Shown in pieces: positions 25,999 to 38,835 of a stretch of 64,000 nt of DNA (positions are counted from its first letter, which is position 1; each line of letters opens with the position of its first letter). The stretch spans positions 50,096,001-50,160,000 of the forward strand of contig OX597830.1 of the NCBI GenBank assembly GCA_951406725.2. Direction: 5' to 3'. The stretch is from Octopus vulgaris. Its lineage: Eukaryota. The notes under the pieces were generated by a model. The model saw only the letters and a program-made list of their open reading frames with translations, was not told where the DNA came from and did no database searches. Made by a program: the position numbers and the translations under genes.

Positions 25999-26802
25999 TT
26001 TATTCAAACATTCTTACCAAACAGCCACACTTGTGCCCATTCATGCAAAATAAACTGCTGTACCAGATTTTGAACTGACAATCTATAAATAACCACTCTA
26101 AAATTATCCACTTGGTCAACTCACCTCACCTCACCTCCCCAGCCATTTAGTCACTTTACCTTTTCATTCATTCACTCACTCGCTCACCTCACCGCTCCTC
26201 ATCATCCACTCCCGTTATCAGAAGGCTGCCGACAATAGACACTAATTTGGTTTACAAAAATTTTCCGACACACCTTTAGAAATTCACTTTGCATTTTGCC
26301 GCAGGTCTGAGCTTCAATGAAAACAGGAGAAAAATGGAGAAGTCTATACTAAAGGTGTGCTGAAGCAAGGAAATTGTTAAATGGGAGAATATAGCAAGTT
26401 AACTCTGTTATCTTGCAACTGGTAAGCAAAGTGAGAGGAAGAAAGAAAACAAAAGCATTTGGGGTAGAACTTGGTAGATTTAAATGAAGCGGTGCTGAGG
26501 GAAGAGGGCAAGGAGAAATCTCAAGTGGGGGGGGGGGAGCTATAAATAGATAATGGCCCAAAACGAAAATATAAAATTATAAAAAAAGGAGTTGTAGGGT
26601 TTTATTGCTTTAGCTTTATTGCTTCTCTTACCTTGTAAGTAAATTAGTTAAAATTCTTGCAGAGATATCACACAATAACAACATCTAGCAGACCACTGGT
26701 CCATATTTGGAATTTGTGTTAATGCAGGTATATGTGTGTGTGTGTGAGTGGGTATGTGTGTGTTCATATGAGTGTATCAGTCTATAAGGCAAGAGTGTAT
26801 AT

Positions 26803-26841
<39 letters not shown>

Positions 26842-27469
26842 TGTTTGTGTGTGTTCACATATATTAATTTTTTATTGGTTTTAGTCATTAAACTGTGACC
26901 ATGCTGAGGATCACTCTGAAGATTCTATTTTTGTTTTTAGTTGAATGAATCAAGCCCAGTATCTATTGTTTTCTAATGACTTGTACTTCTGTCAGTATCT
27001 TTTGCTGAACTGCTAAGTTACAGAGATATAAACATAACCAACACCAGTTATCAGGCAGTGGTGGGGGACAAACACAGACACATGGACACACACACACAGA
27101 GACATATACGATGGCCTTCTATCAGTTTCCATCTACCAAATCCATTCACAAGGCCTTTTCTGCCTTAAAACACTATATCTTCATATGTATTGTATATCTG
27201 AGGTGGTTGAAAACTTTTGCATGGCATCTTTTTGGTGATTGTCTCACCTCTTCCCACCCCATTCAGAACCCCAACTTCAACATATAATGACTAGGTATGC
27301 AAATGACACTCCAACAGGGCCAATGTTTCATCTGTAAAAACACAATGTGAAACATCCACTTATAAGTTGACAATTAGTAGAAATTTCCAATAGTTAAAAG
27401 AGGCTGAAGACTTTAGCACGGTATTTAATTAAATATATATTTATATATATATGCAAATATGCATATATT

Positions 27470-27645
27470 TATTATCATTATTATTATCATTCAGGTCACT
27501 GCCTGGAATCAAACTCGGAATCTTGGGTTAGTAGCCCATGCTCTTAACCACTATGCATGAACCAATGGGCATATGGCATAGTAGTTCACAGTGCGGGCTA
27601 CTAACCCCAAGATTCTAACCCCAGGCAGTGACCTGAATAATAATG

Positions 27646-27696
<51 letters not shown>

Positions 27697-27858
27697 TCGA
27701 AAAATACCTTAGGAATGAGAACCCAGGTTCGAAATTTCCCCAAAACACCTGATGAAGGCTGGAGGGTATATGAGCTGAAATGTTGTGTTAACAACAAACA
27801 AGGACAAATAGCCGTCTAATGTAAATAATGTACAAAATTCCTCATCTCTTTAATATAG

Positions 27859-27862
<4 letters not shown>
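27470..27862. mobile_element. Second fold-back insertion of the tRNA-headed hammerhead retroposon
   Basis: Inverted truncated head (~27470-27556) fused to a plus-strand copy: head, (AAT)n, CTGATGAAGGCTGG...GAAA at 27749-27780, 3' end. Confidence 0.75.
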
Positions 27863-27897
<35 letters not shown>

Positions 27898-28859
27898 CAT
27901 GTATGTCTTTGTGTCTGTGTTTGTCCTCCGCCACCACTTGACAACCAGTGTTGGTGTGTTTATGGATCAGCAAAAGAGAATGATAGTACCAGGCTTAATG
28001 AAAAAATATGTACTGGGGTTGATGTATTTGACTAAATATTCTTCAAGGTGGTGCCCCAGCATGGCTGCAATCTAGTGATTGAAACCAGTAAAAGTATTAG
28101 AATTAGCTAATTATGTATTTCTCCTTTCTTGAGCTTCATCAGCAGCAAGCTACCACAAGCAATTGGCTTGCATCCAGTTGATCATTGTTATTAGCTCAAT
28201 AGCCTCCAGCATGCAATTAACAGAGCAGGAATACGAAGAAATGAATTATTTAATATCCCAATTTAACATCCAATTACACAATTGAGAATGCTTGTTTAAG
28301 GATTTATTCAATAGCTTTTTTATATATTTTTTTTCTATATCTATGTATTTTTATTATATTTTGTATAGCTTTGTATTTTTATTAGACTAAATATTTTGCG
28401 GGATAAAACTGCAGTTTGCTGCATTTTCTTAATGTTCTAGTATCATCTAAAAATTCTCTTGTGTTGCAGGACTGGAAAAATATATGTAACAATCACCACA
28501 ATTGTAAATTTATACTTAGCTATAACCGACTATTGCAATGGAAGGTACGTAAATGCTGACCACATTCATTTTTCTTAGAATGAGTTGATGATATCATATT
28601 AAAAATGATCGATAGGCTGGATTCTTTATTTAACCTTTCTTACTGAGAATATGATTAAAGTGTAATTCTCCTAAGATTTCCTGGGATTGAAAATCTCTGA
28701 GCAGTTGATTTTTATTCTACTGCAAGTTCGAATGCTGGAAGAAATTGACAAGGGATTTCTGATTACATCACACACCAATTATGAATAAACTTCCATGCTA
28801 CTGAAACATATACAGCATGTATTCAATTGTTATTGTCGATTAATTTTCTTGTACAATAT

Positions 28860-29264
28860 TCTCTCTCTTTTACTTTCTCTTTTACTTGTTTCAGTCATTT
28901 GACTGCGGCCATGCTGGAGCACCGTCTTTAGTCGAGCAAATCGACCCCGGGACTTATTCTTTGTAAGCCCAGTACTTATTCTATCGGTCTCTTTTGCTGA
29001 ACCGCTAAGTGACGGGGACGTAAACACACCAGCATCGGTCGTCAAGCAATGCTAGGGGGACAAACACAGACACACACATATATATATATATACATATATA
29101 CGACAGGCTTCTTTCAGTTTCCGTCTACCAAATCCACTCACAAGGCATTGGTCGGCCCGGGGCTATAGCAGAAGACACTTGCCCAAGATGCCACGCAGTG
29201 GGACTGAACCCAGAACCATGTGGTTGGTTAGCAAGCTACTTACCACACAGCCACTCCTGCGCCT
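28860..29264 (-). mobile_element. SINE family A, full length, CpG-rich (young)
   Basis: Complete head-(TA/TG)n-body-(GTAAAAGA) tail. Confidence 0.9.
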
Positions 29265-29344
29265 ATATATATATACTTTTTTTTATTCAAGCTGCAAAAA
29301 CATCACATATATATATATATCATGATAATGATAATATATACATA

Positions 29345-29563
29345 TAGGCAGCAATCTGACAGAAACTTTAGCACACCCTGGGGTGAAATGCTTAGCGGTA
29401 TTTCATCTGTCTCTATGTTCTGAGTACAAATTCCGCCAAGGTTAACTTTGCCTTTCATCCTCTCGGGGTTGATAAATTAAGTACCAGTTGCACACTGGGA
29501 TCAATCTAATTGATTGGCCCCCTTCTTCCAAATTTTGGGTCTTGTGCCTAGAGTAGAAAAGGA
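29345..29563 (+). mobile_element. SINE family B
   Basis: GCTTAGCGGTATTTC...CTTTGCCTTTCATCC...AAGTACCAG. Confidence 0.75.
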
Positions 29564-29577
29564 TAATATATGCATAT

Positions 29578-30850
29578 ACACTGTCACTAAGGTAAGGGTT
29601 GGCAACAAGTATAGTGATGAATTTGGGGTACAAATATAAGTCCACCAAGGACAGTCCTCAGCCCCCTTTTATTCATCCTAGTATTCTAAGCAATAACAAA
29701 GGAATTTAAGTTGGGCTGCCCCTGGGATCTCCTTTATGCTGATGACCTTGTTCTTATAGCTGAATCACTATCAGAACTGGAGGAAACATTTGTGGAAGCA
29801 AGGACTGAAATCAAAAAGCCTCAGAGTTAATCTAGCAAAAACCAAAATCTTAGCAGGAAAGTGACAAATCACAAATCCCTTCTAGTGGATGGCCCTGCTC
29901 AATATGTAGAAACGGTGTAGGTAAAAACTCCATAAGGTGTATCTGATGCAAGCTATGGACACATAAGAGGTGCAGTAATATTGTAGGAAGGCTAACAGAG
30001 GAAATAGTCTGTGTGTGTGGCAGATGCACTAGATGCACAATAAACACTAGAAATATACAGAAAATAGACTGTATAAAATGCCAGGGGAGATACTTAGAAG
30101 TAGTTGATAGCTCTTGTTATCTAGGGGACCAAGTCAGCAGTGGAGGAGAATGCTTTGAAAGCATAGCTGGCGGAATAAGAATAGGCAGGGCAAAGTTCAG
30201 AGAGCTTCTACCTTTGCCAACAAAAAAGGGCCTCTTCATCAGAGTGCAAAGCAGATTGTATGATGCCTGTGTGCAGTGAAACATGGGCTGTGACTGCAGA
30301 GGACATGTAAAGGCTTAAAAGAAATGAATCTAGAATGCTCTGCTGGATGTGCAATGTCAGCGTGCATGTATGACTCAGTATCTCTTGGGCATAAGTGGCA
30401 TCAGATGTGGTGTGCAAGAGGGGCGTCTGCACTGGTGTGGTTATGTGACACATATGGATGAGGATAGCTGTTAAAGTAAAGAAGTGCCAATCTCTAACTG
30501 TGGAGGGAACCAGTGGAAAAGATAGACTCAGGAAGACATGGGGCGAGGTGGTAAAGTGTGATCTTTGAATGTTGGGACTCATGGAGGCAATGATGAGTGA
30601 TCGAGACTTTTGGCAATTTGTTGTGCTTGAGAGGACTTGTCAAGCCAAATGGAATTGTTGTCGTGGCCAGTGCCGGTGACACGTAAAAGGCACCCACTAC
30701 ATTCTTGGAGCGGTTGGCATTAGGAAGGACATCCAGCTGTAGAAACCAAGCCAAATCAGACTGGAACCTGGTACAGTTCTGTGGCTTACCAGTTCCAGTT
30801 AAACTGTCTAACCCATGTCAGCATGGAAAACAAGACATGATGATGACGAT
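29578..30850 (+). mobile_element. Decayed RTE LINE 3' portion (RT, Cys finger, 3' UTR)
   Basis: Homologous to 2385-4042 with many stops and indels (YADD, YLGDQVSSGG, (GAT) tail). Confidence 0.85.
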
Positions 30851-31791
30851 GTATGTATGTATATCTAATATGAACAGCATCTTCTACCATACCCTACTGG
30901 GTATGCTACCAAACAGGTGTCTTAGGGGACAGAATTACATTAATTTTGACTGCCACTATTGTTAAAATTTTTGTAGGATGGGTGGGGAAATGACCCTATC
31001 CCTTTCTCCCCCTGTCCTTCTTACTAGATATCAACATATATCTACTGCACTTTCTGAACCTAACACTGGTGGTTATGTACCTCCAGCATGGCAGCATGGC
31101 AGTTTAACATTTCCATAGGGTCAACTCATTTAGAGACCATGCAACTGTTGCCGATAATAACGATAGAATGTTATTCCATCATCTCTGAACACAGAGACCC
31201 AAGCTACAAAGACAGGCAATAATGGTAATGGTGATGTTGATGATGATGATGATTGCACTGAGTGGTGGTGGTGGTGGTGGTGATGAAGAAGAGGATGATG
31301 ATAATGGTGAATGATGAAGAAGAAGAAAACGGACAGAACCACTAAAATTTACGTGACTTTATCAAGAAAACTTTACCATCACTGACATCAGTAAAGGGAA
31401 GCACCCTCGCCCACTCACCCTTTTCCAGCCGCAGAACAATGCAGAAAATACAAGGAAATCAACGGTTTTTCAATAAAAGACAAAAAAAGAAAAAAAAATT
31501 TTTTACATTATTGAAAAATATATAAAAACAATAATAATGTGCATCTTTATTGCAATAGCAAAACTTTTATTAAAACATAACTCAGCATTGTGTTGTTGCC
31601 ATTCAGTAAAGAACAACAAAGTTTAATATATATACGTATAGTCATCTCTTCTTCTTTGTCCGACAGTGCTACACATGATAAATTGTACATGATTACTTTA
31701 AGGAGAAGTTAAAAACCAATTCCAACCATTTTCTACACACCAAATATTACCAATGTGACAGAAACAATACAACCTTTCTCGTCTTTCCGAG

Positions 31792-31825
<34 letters not shown>

Positions 31826-31927
31826 CGTAACCAATAATGGAAGAAGTAGTTTTCACTGTTTTCATGCTTCTATAAAGTTTGGTGAATAATCAATGATTCA
31901 TTTGGAGAGAGAAAGTTTATAATATAT

Positions 31928-32149
31928 ACTCTTTACTCTTTTACTTTTTTACTTGTTTCAGTCATTTGACTGTGGCCATGCTGGAGCACTGCCTTTAGTT
32001 GAGCCAATCAACCCCAGGACTTATTGCTTGTAAGCATAGTGCTTATTCTATTGGTCTCTTTTGCTGAACCGCTAGGTTACGGGGACGTAACACACCAGCA
32101 TTGGTTGTCAAGCAATGTTGGAGGGACAAACACAGACACACAAACGTAT

Positions 32150-32190
<41 letters not shown>

Positions 32191-32558
32191 CATACGATGG
32201 GCTTCTTTCAGTTTCTGTCTACCAAATCCACTCACAAGGCTTTGGTCGCCCCGGGGCTATAGTAGAAGACACTTGCCCAAGGTGCCACGCAGTGGGAATG
32301 AACCCAGAACCATGTGGTTGGTAAGCAAGCTACTTACCACACAGCCACTCCTGCATCTATATATATATATACACACACACACATATGTATATGTGTATAT
32401 ATATATATATATTTCCATCTACCAAATCCACTTACAAGGTTTTGGTCGGAGTGAGGCTATAGTAGAAGACACTCACCTAAGGTGTCACACAGTGGGACTG
32501 AACCTGGAACCATGTGGTTGGGAAGCAAGCTTCTTACCACACAGCCACATCTGCACCT
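31928..32558 (-). mobile_element. SINE family A, full copy plus an adjacent head fragment
   Basis: Homology to 28860-29264. Confidence 0.85.
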
Positions 32559-33559
32559 ATATATTGGTGACAGGAAAGGCGTTGAGCCATAGAAAATCTA
32601 CTTCATCAAATTTTCTCTGATACATGCAAGCATGGGAAAGTAGAAGCTAAATGGGGATGATTATGATGATGACAATGATGATGATGTGTATGCTTTTATG
32701 TTGTCAAGTAGTATGTTCTCGCTTATGGCGTATAACCTGTCAGAAAGTTATCGACTGTTACACACCTACTATTTCACTTGAAAATATTGATGTCTCTTCA
32801 GACATTCTGGCCGGAAGTGCATGCGTTAGTGTATCCTGGAGGTGAATATTCAGTCTTTGTTCACTCAGTGGCGATAAATAGTGGAATAAAATGAAAAAAA
32901 GGGGATGAAAAGGTGCAACATTATAACATTAGCCAGCTATATAAAAGGGGAAGGAACACTGTACATAACCAACTGGAAATTGCAGGAACAATGTGGGCCA
33001 TTATCTGAGTGGAAGTAAGTAGTGCAAGTTTGTTTTGTAAAGAAGAAAATAATTTTAAACAAATTTCACTCGCTCTGGGTACCTTCCTGAACTCAAAAAG
33101 TGAAATTTTTTGTCGATGTCCTCACAACAGAAAAATCATTTTTCAAATGTGGTTATCCCCCTTTTTGGACAAAGGAGCATATGCAGACACAGCTGGGTCC
33201 CTTCAGCCACGGCTAAAATCATACCAATGGAGACAACTATGTTTTATTCTCCCGAAAAATGTAATAAATCTTCAACTTTCATCACTTTCTCCTTTCTGTC
33301 CATTTCTTATTCATCACCAGCATAAAATAGACTGTGCACTTCAATTAGCCAGCATGCCTGAAGAATCATCATTATTAATGAGTGCAAAAGTAGGTGCATA
33401 ACTATTGGTAACTTTACTTTCTGACCAGTTATATGCCATAATCAGGAATATACTGCTCAATGATATAAAAAAAGGATTACTGGTCAATCTCTCTTTTAGA
33501 GTTTCTTTTTTTTTTTCTTTCCTGACTTGTAGACAACCAACTGATGATATGTGTGTGTG

Positions 33560-33590
<31 letters not shown>

Positions 33591-33794
33591 TTAAAAAAGG
33601 AGATGTGGAACACGAGTTGTGATATATAAAAAAATGAAATGAAGAAAATGCTGACAAAATAATTTAAGTAAGGGAGAGTGTATTTAATTAGGGGAAAGTT
33701 CTTTTTACCGGTTGCGCATTTGTTATGCTTATCAAAAGATATTTTTTTAAGAGAGATAGAGTTCCTTTCTGATAGATTTTTTTTCTCTTATCTG

Positions 33795-33833
<39 letters not shown>

Positions 33834-33835
<2 letters not shown>

Positions 33836-35473
33836 CATCATCATCATCATCATCATCGTTTAACGTCCGCTTTCCATGCTAGCATGGGTTGGACGGTTCA
33901 ACTGGGGTCTGGGAAGCCCGAAGGCTGCACCAGGCCAGTCAGATGTGGCAGTGTTTCTACAGCTGGATGCCCTTCCTAACGCCAACCACTCCGAGAGTGT
34001 AGTGGGTGATTTTATGTGCCACCGACACAGGTGCCAGACGAGGCTGGCAGACGGCCACGCTCGGATGGTGTTTTTTATGTGCCACCGACACAGGTGCCAG
34101 ACGAGGCTGGCAGACGGCCACGCTCGGATGGTGTTTTCTTATGTGTCACCGACACAGGTGCCAGACGAGGCTGGCGGACGGCCACGCTCGGATGGTGTTT
34201 GTTACGTGCCCTCAGCACGGAGGCCAGTCATTGCGGTACTGGCTACGGTCACGTTCGGATGGTTTTCTTATGTGCCACCGGCACTGGTACCACAAGGATA
34301 CAAATTCCATTGATGTTCATCTATTTTGATTTGGTTCGATTTGATTCGATACGATTCGATTCTCACTTGCCTCAACAGGTCTTCACAAGTGTCACAAGAA
34401 GGAAGGTATGCACAGGTGGACTGACTACGTCCCAGGTAGGGGCCACGGATTATGGCTTCACTAGTCTTGCCGGGTCTTCTCACGCACAGCATACTTCCAT
34501 AGGTCTCGGTCTCTAGTCATTTCCATGGTGAGACCTAACGTCCGAAGGTCGTGCTTCACCACCTCGTCCCAGGTTTTCCTGGGTCTACCTCTTCCACGGG
34601 TTCCCTCAACTGCTAGGGATTGGCACTTTCTCACACACCTATCTTCATCCATTCTCGCCACATGACCATACCAGCGCAATCGTCTCTCTTGCACACAACA
34701 ACTGATGCTTCTTAGGTACAACATTTCTCTCAAGGTACTAACGCTCTGTCGAGTAAGTACACTGACATTACACATCCATCGGAGCATACTGGCTTCGTTC
34801 CTCACGAGCTTACGCATGTCCTCAGCAGTCACGGCCCATGTTTCACTGCCATGTAGCATAGCTGTTCGTACACATGCATCATACAGTCTGCCTTTTACTC
34901 TGAGCGAGAGGCCTTTAGTCACCAGCAGAGGTAAGAGCTCCCTAAACTTTGCCCAGGCTATTCTTATTCTAGCAGTTACACTTTCAGCACACCCACCCCC
35001 ACTACTGACTTGGTCACCTAGATAGCGGAAGCTATCAACTACTTCTAGTTTTTCCCCCGGAAAGTGACAGAAGTTGTTTTCTGCAGATTTTCGGAGGTCA
35101 ATGCTCCAGAGCACCTGCCACATACAAAAACTATCTTCCCAGTTAGCCTACCTTTGACATTGCTGCACCTCTTATGTGTCCATAGCTTACACTGGGTACA
35201 TCTTATAGAGTTTCTACCTACACCTTTTCTACAGATCGAGCAGGGCCATCTTCCTGAGGATATTTGTGGGTTTTCTACCTTTCTACTTATTAGTACTTTG
35301 GTTTTAGCTAGGTTGACTCTAAGGCCCCTCGATTCTAAACCCTCCTTCCACACCTGGAACTTCTCCTCCAGTTCTGATAGTGACTCAGCGATTAGAGCGA
35401 GGTCGTCAGCATAGAGGAGCTCCCAGGGGCAACCTGTCTTGAATTCCTCCGTTATTGCCTGAATTCCTCCGTT
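33834..35473 (-). mobile_element. Young 5'-truncated RTE LINE (RT C-half, intact C4HC3 finger, 3' UTR, tail)
   Basis: ORFs 35045-35353 and 34461-35123 joined by one frameshift near 35055; inserted in TA-rich sequence. Confidence 0.93.
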
Positions 35474-35556
35474 TATATATATAAATCAAATTATGAATAT
35501 TATTACAATAAATTAGTATTATTTTGCAGCGATAAGCACTGTAAATGTTGAATTAA

Positions 35557-35810
35557 AAATAGGAAATAGTGGCGCAACAAGGCACCAATGTTTCCTAGAA
35601 ATAGCAGTTGATAACCATACAATGCTATGTGAAGCTAAACTGAATATATAGAGGCAGAGATGTATGAGGTAAGGTGAAAATTTTTTATGCTCACCGCCCT
35701 CACACATTTCTGCCTTTCTACATTCAGTGAAGCTTTACATATTGTCGTACGGTTATTGACTGCTATTTCCTTCAAACATTGGTGCCTTGCTGTGCTACTA
35801 TTTCCTATTT
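35557..35810. repeat. Imperfect fold-back (~120-bp arms, ~13-nt loop), MITE-like
   Basis: AAATAGGAAATAGT...AAGGCACCAATGTTT... on the left is the reverse complement of the right arm. Confidence 0.8.
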
Positions 35811-35836
35811 ATATATATGTGTGTGTGTGTGTGTGT

Positions 35837-36145
35837 GGAGGCGCAATGGCCCAGTGGTTAGGGCAGCGGACTCGCGGTCGGAGGATCGCGGTTTTGATTC
35901 CCAGACAGGGCATTGTGAGCGTTTATTGAGCGAAAGCACCTAAAGCTCCACGAGGCTCTGGCAGGGGTAGGTGGCAATGCCTGCTGTACTCTTTTGCCAC
36001 AACTTTCTCTAACTCATTATTCTGTTGGCCTGTTCGCTTAGCCAGCAGGGTGGCATCATTTGAAGGCTAAAACAATGCAAAGTGCATTGTGACCAGCGAT
36101 GTTCAGCAACATCTGATAGCCCAGTTGGTCACATGATTACATGAT
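35837..36145 (+). mobile_element. tRNA-derived SINE family E
   Basis: A box TGGCCCAGTGG, B-box-like GGTTTTGATTCC, tRNA-unrelated body, CACATGA tail. Confidence 0.7.
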
Positions 36146-36153
36146 ATATATAT

Positions 36154-36195
36154 ATCTGTCTGATGAACGGCAACGAGAAACTCAGAGTAACAGAT
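36154..36195 (+). ncRNA. Type-I hammerhead ribozyme motif, second family
   Basis: AUCUGU-CUGAUGA-A-CG[GCAA]CG-A-GAAA-CUC[A]GAG-U-A-ACAGAU. 6-bp stem I, 4-bp stem III, GUA triplet; stem II weak. Confidence 0.6.
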
Positions 36196-36754
36196 TTTGT
36201 TGAATTTTCTGCTGCTTAAAATAAAGTATATATATATGTATATATATATATATATATATATCATCATTTAACATACATTCTCCATGCTAGTATAGGTTGG
36301 ACACAAATATTTTATAAAAGATAGAAGTTTTCATCAAGGTGAGCTAAACTAATAGGTATGTGCTACAGTTGCTCAAATAGGTATGTGCTACAGTTGCTCA
36401 AATAGATATGCTGCTTAAATTCCAGTGTGAAAGGCAGTTGAAGTTGTAGTGTTGTGACTGCCTTATCCAAAGCAGCTAGAAGTGGCTTCCTCTTGAGTCA
36501 GTAGGTATAGGTTAAAGTAGAAAGGGGAGGCAAACAATTTGGCAAGACTCAACTTGCTAAACTGTTTGCCTCTCCTTTCTACTTTAACCTACACAGGCCC
36601 CACCACACACTCACTAACAATCACAAAATCTTGGTTTTCCTTTTCAGACCAGTGGGGTATTCTGTTCTTGAGTAAATCACTTCATTTTATGTTTTCAAGT
36701 TGCTCCAGTCCAGTCAGTTGTAAGTGGCATTCTACATTCCCTTGGGGTAAGTGT

Positions 36755-36985
36755 TTCTTATTTCTTCATTGCCCACAAGGGACTAAACATAGAGGGGACA
36801 AACAAGGACAGACAAACGGATTAAGTCGATTATATCAACCCCAGTGTGTAACTGGTACTTATTTAATTCACCCTGAAAGGATGAAAGACACAGTCGACCT
36901 CGGCGGAATTTGAACTCACAACGTAACGGCAGACGGAATACCGCTAAGCATTTTGCCCAGCAGGCTAACGTTTCTGCCAGCTCAC
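36755..36985 (-). mobile_element. SINE family B
   Basis: Reverse complement of 53132-53365. Confidence 0.8.
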
Positions 36986-37309
36986 TGCTTTAACCCTAGG
37001 GAAAGTGCCTTAACCTTGGGGAAGGTGTTTGCCTGTACACATACCCAGGAGGGTGGCATCGTTCAAATGCTATTGCGATGTGAGGAAGCATTGTTATTAG
37101 TCAGACTGCCAGATGTTGTTATACACCACTGCTCACAATGTGCTTCCTCACGTAGCTGTAGCATTCAAATAATGCCAACCTGCTGTCTAAGTACACAAGC
37201 AAGCATTCCCCCTTCTAAAAGAATGTGGAATGCTAGTCAATTGCAAGACTGCCCATGTACGGCTGAGTGAACTGAGGCAAACTAAAAACGTGAAATGAAG
37301 TGATTTATT

Positions 37310-37506
37310 GTCACTACCACCAAAACCATCACCACCAACAACAACACCACCAATACCAAAACCACCATCACCACCACCAAAACCATTACCACCACCAAAA
37401 CCACCACCATCACCAAAACCACCATCACCACCACCACCACCACCACCACCACCAAAACCACCACCACCAAAACCACCACCACCACCACCAAAACCACCAC
37501 CACCTT

Positions 37507-37577
<71 letters not shown>

Positions 37578-37586
37578 TCATCATCA
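37310..37586. repeat. Compound trinucleotide array (CCA)n-(CTT)n-(TTA)n-(TCA)n
   Basis: Direct inspection. Confidence 0.9.
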
Positions 37587-38031
37587 CTTTAATATCTATT
37601 AATGTCACATCGGTGATTAAAGTTGGAACAACCTTAATCATAGATGTTCCAACTCTGCCAGAGAGTATCTATTGGACGACATTTATTTCATGTTTCTTCT
37701 TTGTGGGCATGACAGTCACCAGGAGAGGTTTGTTGATGGCACAAGGAGGAGGAGGAGGACGACCACGACGATGATGACGACGACCACGATGATGATGACG
37801 ACAACCACTTAGCTGGATGATTGTTAATGGTGATGGTTAAAACAGGGAAAGCAGTGAAACGTGATTGAAACCAAACAACGGTTCAACCATTAAGTTCAAT
37901 TAGATTACAGAGAAGACTCAAGTCAAAATGTTATACATTCATCATTTAAAACAGAGGAAAGCCATCCATTGGAATGAAGTTCTTTATAGGATTACTAAGC
38001 CTGCTAGAAACAGCAGTCAAATTTCCTTTAA

Positions 38032-38251
38032 CCCTTTAGCATTTAAACCGGCCATATCCGGCCCAAATTTTCTACTTCTTTTATGTTCAAACCATCTAGA
38101 TCTGGCCTCTCACTCATATCCTACAATGACATCTTCATAATAAACCATCACATCATCAAATTCTCAGAGAAACAAGATAATGCAGGATTAATTCAAAACA
38201 ATGTGAATGAAAAAGCATTATATTTGACAGAGTAATCTGAACACTAAAGGG
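38032..38251. mobile_element. piggyBac-type MITE, 220 bp
   Basis: TTAA (38028-38031) CCCTTTAG...CTAAAGGG TTAA (38252-38255). Confidence 0.85.
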
Positions 38252-38835
38252 TTAAACCACACCTTATCATTCTAAAACATGGACACACTGCAAAAGGCCA
38301 GTATAATTTAATCGAACTCAATTCACATACAAATGCATGCATGCATGCCAAGTGCCAGCTTAAATCTGTAGATTTATTCAGTAGTATATAACATTAGATA
38401 ATGTACCTCTAGATATGCTATGCCAGAGGGGTAAACGATGAGTGAATGATGGTGAATAAGATGCATATGGCCTCAATGTCACCTGGACGAGAACTGACCT
38501 GAGGTTAACAATTAGAATACAAACTATCAACCAAACCTAAGAACATCTCTCTGTATTACTTTGATGTGCAGAATCAGTACTCTTTTTCCATCTCCAGTAC
38601 TCTATCTACCCAACAATGCCTGATCCACCCTAATTTGCAGACCAGTACTCTCCTCCCAACAAACCCACAGTATTGTATCTCACAAAGAATACTCTATTTA
38701 CCCTTACAAACTAAACCATTCTCTCTTCCCTCTTTAGCATAGATCAGTACCCTATCCATACTACAGTACAGAACAAGCACCCTGCCCCACAGTACACTAC
38801 CCATTCCAGCCTATAGTACCATATTTTACTTTAGC

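Noticed and set aside
33009-33401. 130-aa non-repetitive ORF
   Set aside because: Non-ATG start, no recognisable motif and no clear splice signals.
35837-35915. tRNA gene (also the heads at 7240-7311 and 11200-11272)
   Set aside because: A/B boxes are present but there is no complete cloverleaf, and each runs into a repeat body: these are SINE heads.
36351-36410. 25-bp tandem duplication
   Set aside because: Ordinary local slippage duplication.
37282-37641. Extensin-like poly-Pro, poly-His and poly-Val ORFs
   Set aside because: Compound trinucleotide array read in several frames.
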